DNA of 64,000 bases from an uncultured Candidatus Saccharibacteria bacterium (GTDB taxonomy: Bacteria > Patescibacteriota > Doudnabacteria > UBA920). The stretch spans positions 63,043 to 127,042 of the forward strand of contig CAZRKK010000001.1 in the NCBI GenBank assembly GCA_964600695.1. The letters run 5' to 3'. The position numbers and the translations under genes were made by a program. A model generated the notes under the pieces. The model saw only the letters and a program-made list of their open reading frames with translations, had not been told where the DNA came from and did not search any database. Positions 61,811-64,000 of the stretch are shown piece after piece (the stretch's first letter is position 1; every line of letters begins with the position of its first letter).

Positions 61811-61830
61811 TAAAAACGCCAAAGGCGTTC
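61811..61830 (-). terminator. hairpin AACGCC-AAA-GGCGTT + T-run between rpmJ and rpsM (attenuator or terminator)
   Basis: The minus strand reads GAACGCCTTTGGCGTTTTTATTGTT. Confidence 0.5.
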
Positions 61831-61846
61831 GTTCTAATAAATAGAA

Positions 61847-61960
61847 CTAGCCTTGACGTTGCTTGTGCTTAGGTACTTCGCAGATAACAAAGACTCGACC
61901 GAATCTTTTAACGACCTTACACTTCTTACAAATAGGTTTTGCAGATGCTCTAACTTTCAT
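61847..61960 (-). CDS. rpmJ: 50S ribosomal protein L36
   Basis: The reverse-complement translation is [37 protein letters not shown] (37 aa) with a zinc-ribbon CxxC...C...H. It is absent from the ORF track because of its length. Confidence 0.85.
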   Translation of the reverse strand: MKVRASAKPICKKCKVVKRFGRVFVICEVPKHKQRQG

Positions 61961-62085
61961 AAATATTTATCCTTGAACTTTGAACCGAATTAATTAATCG
62001 GGTTAAAAGTCAATTTAGGGAGTTTTGGGGTCCCACAGCCATTAAGACTGGTTCTAATAAAATTGTTTAAACTTACTTGAGGTTA

Positions 62086-62313
62086 TTACTTTAACCGCCG
62101 TGTGATGCGACCCTTAGAAAGATCATATGGCGTAACTTCGATTAGCACTTTGTCTCCGAGTAAAACTCGAATACGATGCAATCTCATCTTGCCAGATAAG
62201 TGACCAAGGATTACTTGGCCGCCTTCTAATTGAACGCGAAAAACAGTGTTAGGTAAACTTTCGATTACTTTACCCTCAAGTTCAATAGTTTGATTTTGTT
62301 CGGAACTTCCCAA
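62086..62313 (-). CDS. infA: translation initiation factor IF-1
   Basis: ...[62 protein letters not shown]. Confidence 0.92.
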   Translation of the reverse strand: MGSSEQNQTIELEGKVIESLPNTVFRVQLEGGQVILGHLSGKMRLHRIRVLLGDKVLIEVTPYDLSKGRITRRLK

Positions 62314-62485
62314 ATTCTTGTATTTCCTTACGGAATTTATCTAATTTACAGATTTCTCTAATCTTAACACAGTTGTAGCTTTTGTCAACATATTTTGCAG
62401 AATTTAACCAGAAAATCCAAGATATTGACAAAAGTAGTAATTTGTTCTGTAATAAAACAATACCAGCGAGGCCAATTTATGTTTT

Positions 62486-62524
62486 CCAAAAACCGCCAAC
62501 TTTATGTTGGCGGCTTTTTTTATT
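62486..62524. terminator. bidirectional terminator CCGCCAAC-TTTAT-GTTGGCGG with T-runs on both strands
   Basis: 8-bp stem with a U-tract on the minus strand after gene 62535-63953. Confidence 0.6.
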
Positions 62525-62534
62525 CAATTATTTG

Positions 62535-63953
62535 TTATTCAACTATTTCGATATGAACTTTGGAGGTAATCCTAGGGAATGACTTTTGCCACGAAGGAGC
62601 AAGGTTTATAGTTACCCTTTCTATATTCGGATTGGTTAACAAAATATCACTAGCCTGCTCTTTAGACTTTCCTGCCAATTGAGTAACCAGACTATTTTTA
62701 TCAATAGTAGGCTTAGCCTGGCTTTCGTAATGAATCGACAACTGCATTAAGCCAGTAGCTAAATCTAGATTTTTAATTTTGTACACCACGGAATCTTTAT
62801 CTGGGACTTGTAAAGTTTTGTCGGTACCAAGGGTTTGAGTTAAACGGCCACGCACCATAGATTTTAGATCATTTTCATTAAACGCTAACCCAGTAATTTT
62901 TACATTCGCACTTGCTACAAAAACTGTACTTTCTGCTCCTTCTGGTTTATCTGGAGTGAAGTTAGTTACTTCAACATTATATGCACCATCGACTAGCTTT
63001 CTTCCGTCAGATAGATTTTTGTTTACTTCTTCAACAGCTTTATTAATCAATGTTTTTTGGGCTGCCTCTATATCTTCTTTAGCTACTACAGAAACAAAAC
63101 GAGATGACCCACCAATAACCTGAGTAACTGTTTTGGCGTACAAGCGTTGTGGTTGGCTACCAAAAGATTGGTTGCTAATTTCGACTCGTGTTCCAGCCGG
63201 TAAATTGAAGTCTTCCCCACCGTCTGCGGCGACGATATCGGCTGTTGTAGCATTACTGTCTTTACTTGGGCTTTCTAAAGAATTTATGCCATTGATATCT
63301 GAGACAAAATAGTAAGTCTTATTCCCTACTGTTAACACAGTTGTACTACTTCTAAGATTCATGGCACTGCCTGTAAGGTTGTAAATAGCAATTCGTCCTT
63401 GTGCCTTACTCCCAACTTCCTTTTTACCATTAACATTAAACGAATCTGAAACTTGTTTAACCTCATCAACTTTAGTGGCAGGTAAAGTTAAACTACCAGC
63501 GTTAATAGAATCCTGATTGGAATCAATAACCAATTCGAGGTCGCGCGCCACTGTTTGAGAACGAGCATAAATCGTAACATTAGAACTTGGTAAAACTACT
63601 ACTACTAAAGCAACTACGGTGATCAAAGCTAAAGCTACAAAAACCATTGCTAATTTTTTATACGAACGGCGTTGTGGTGGCTTATTAGTCTTACTATTAG
63701 GAGGCATGAACATATTGTCCTGCCTATCATTTAAATTAATTGGAGTTGGAGTAAGCCAAGTGTTGTTTTCTAATCTTGATTTTCTAACTGCAGTTTTTGA
63801 AGCTACTGATGGAGAGCTGTGTCTCACAGCAGTGCGTGGCTGACTGGGTCTCTGCTGATTAGTTCGTGGAGTGACAGCTGGAGCTGTTTTTCTAATAAGT
63901 TTTCTAGTTGGTTGAGTTGGTGCTTTAAAAGTTGTCACAGATGCAGCAGCCAT
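62535..63953 (-). CDS. hypothetical membrane-anchored protein with basic Pro-rich N-terminus and large extracytoplasmic domain (5' end may extend beyond window)
   Basis: 472 aa with a single TM (LAMVFVALALITVVALVVVVL) after an R/K/P-rich N-region. The frame remains open upstream of the Met at 63953 to the window edge. Confidence 0.5.
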   Translation of the reverse strand: MAAASVTTFKAPTQPTRKLIRKTAPAVTPRTNQQRPSQPRTAVRHSSPSVASKTAVRKSRLENNTWLTPTPINLNDRQDNMFMPPNSKTNKPPQRRSYKKLAMVFVALALITVVALVVVVLPSSNVTIYARSQTVARDLELVIDSNQDSINAGSLTLPATKVDEVKQVSDSFNVNGKKEVGSKAQGRIAIYNLTGSAMNLRSSTTVLTVGNKTYYFVSDINGINSLESPSKDSNATTADIVAADGGEDFNLPAGTRVEISNQSFGSQPQRLYAKTVTQVIGGSSRFVSVVAKEDIEAAQKTLINKAVEEVNKNLSDGRKLVDGAYNVEVTNFTPDKPEGAESTVFVASANVKITGLAFNENDLKSMVRGRLTQTLGTDKTLQVPDKDSVVYKIKNLDLATGLMQLSIHYESQAKPTIDKNSLVTQLAGKSKEQASDILLTNPNIERVTINLAPSWQKSFPRITSKVHIEIVE

Positions 63954-64000
63954 AATAGGTTCGGAATACTGTGGTACTCCGGCTGGGCGAATATCGGAAA

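Noticed and set aside
1-64000. CRISPR arrays, transposases, integrases and phage structural genes
   Set aside because: No regularly spaced direct repeats and no recognisable mobile-element enzymes were seen in any frame.

Overview
This 64 kb window looks like a stretch of a small, low-GC bacterial chromosome. Short proteins, extended ribosomal proteins, a sortase with an LPxTG substrate and many secreted cell-wall enzymes are consistent with a CPR/Patescibacteria-like (possibly Saccharibacteria-like) organism. All calls rest on reading the six-frame translations for family motifs; no database search was possible.

- **Core housekeeping genes.**
  - gyrB C-terminus (partial); secE-nusG-rplK-[small membrane ORF]-rplA; an ECF sigma factor.
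  - A thymidylate-kinase-like protein and dihydrofolate reductase (folA); prfB with no programmed frameshift.
  - ftsE-ftsX; rplI; pyrG.
  - rpmA; an IscS/NifS-type cysteine desulfurase.
  - A divergent thyA-family gene; a HIT hydrolase.
  - gltX; def and fmt, with two DnaQ-like exonucleases between them.
  - mltG; hisS; HU; and the rplM-rpsI and infA/rpmJ-rpsM-rpsK-rpsD-rpoA-rplQ ribosomal blocks.
- **Region of interest 1 (33.6-46.4 kb).**
  - A minus-strand accessory cluster, atypical for a reduced genome.
  - It encodes a PRTase-domain protein, an AstE/AspA-family hydrolase, a HAD phosphatase, a kinase-fold protein and a LOG-like protein.
  - It also encodes a MIO-type (HAL-like) ammonia-lyase, a two-domain nitroreductase and an E1/ThiF-like protein.
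  - The last genes are a Leu/Phe/Val-type dehydrogenase, a PaaK-like adenylating enzyme, a sensor histidine kinase and YjbQ.
- **Region of interest 2 (20.4-25.2 kb).**
  - A cell-envelope island: two paralogous proteins with a pilin-like two-TM hairpin fused to different Cys-rich peptidoglycan-hydrolase domains (LAS/M15-like and SLT-like).
  - It also carries DsbA, a small TM protein and an EnvC-like M23 peptidase.
- **Region of interest 3 (49.1-55.7 kb).**
  - A 1962-aa LPxTG surface protein with internal tandem repeats.
  - Next to it, a sortase-fold protein with no cysteine (TLQTS instead of TLXTC).
- **Other points.**
  - An orphan two-gene operon sits downstream of rpsI; a 609-bp non-coding AT-rich gap lies at 19.8-20.4 kb.
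  - No tRNA, rRNA, CRISPR array or transposase/integrase was found.
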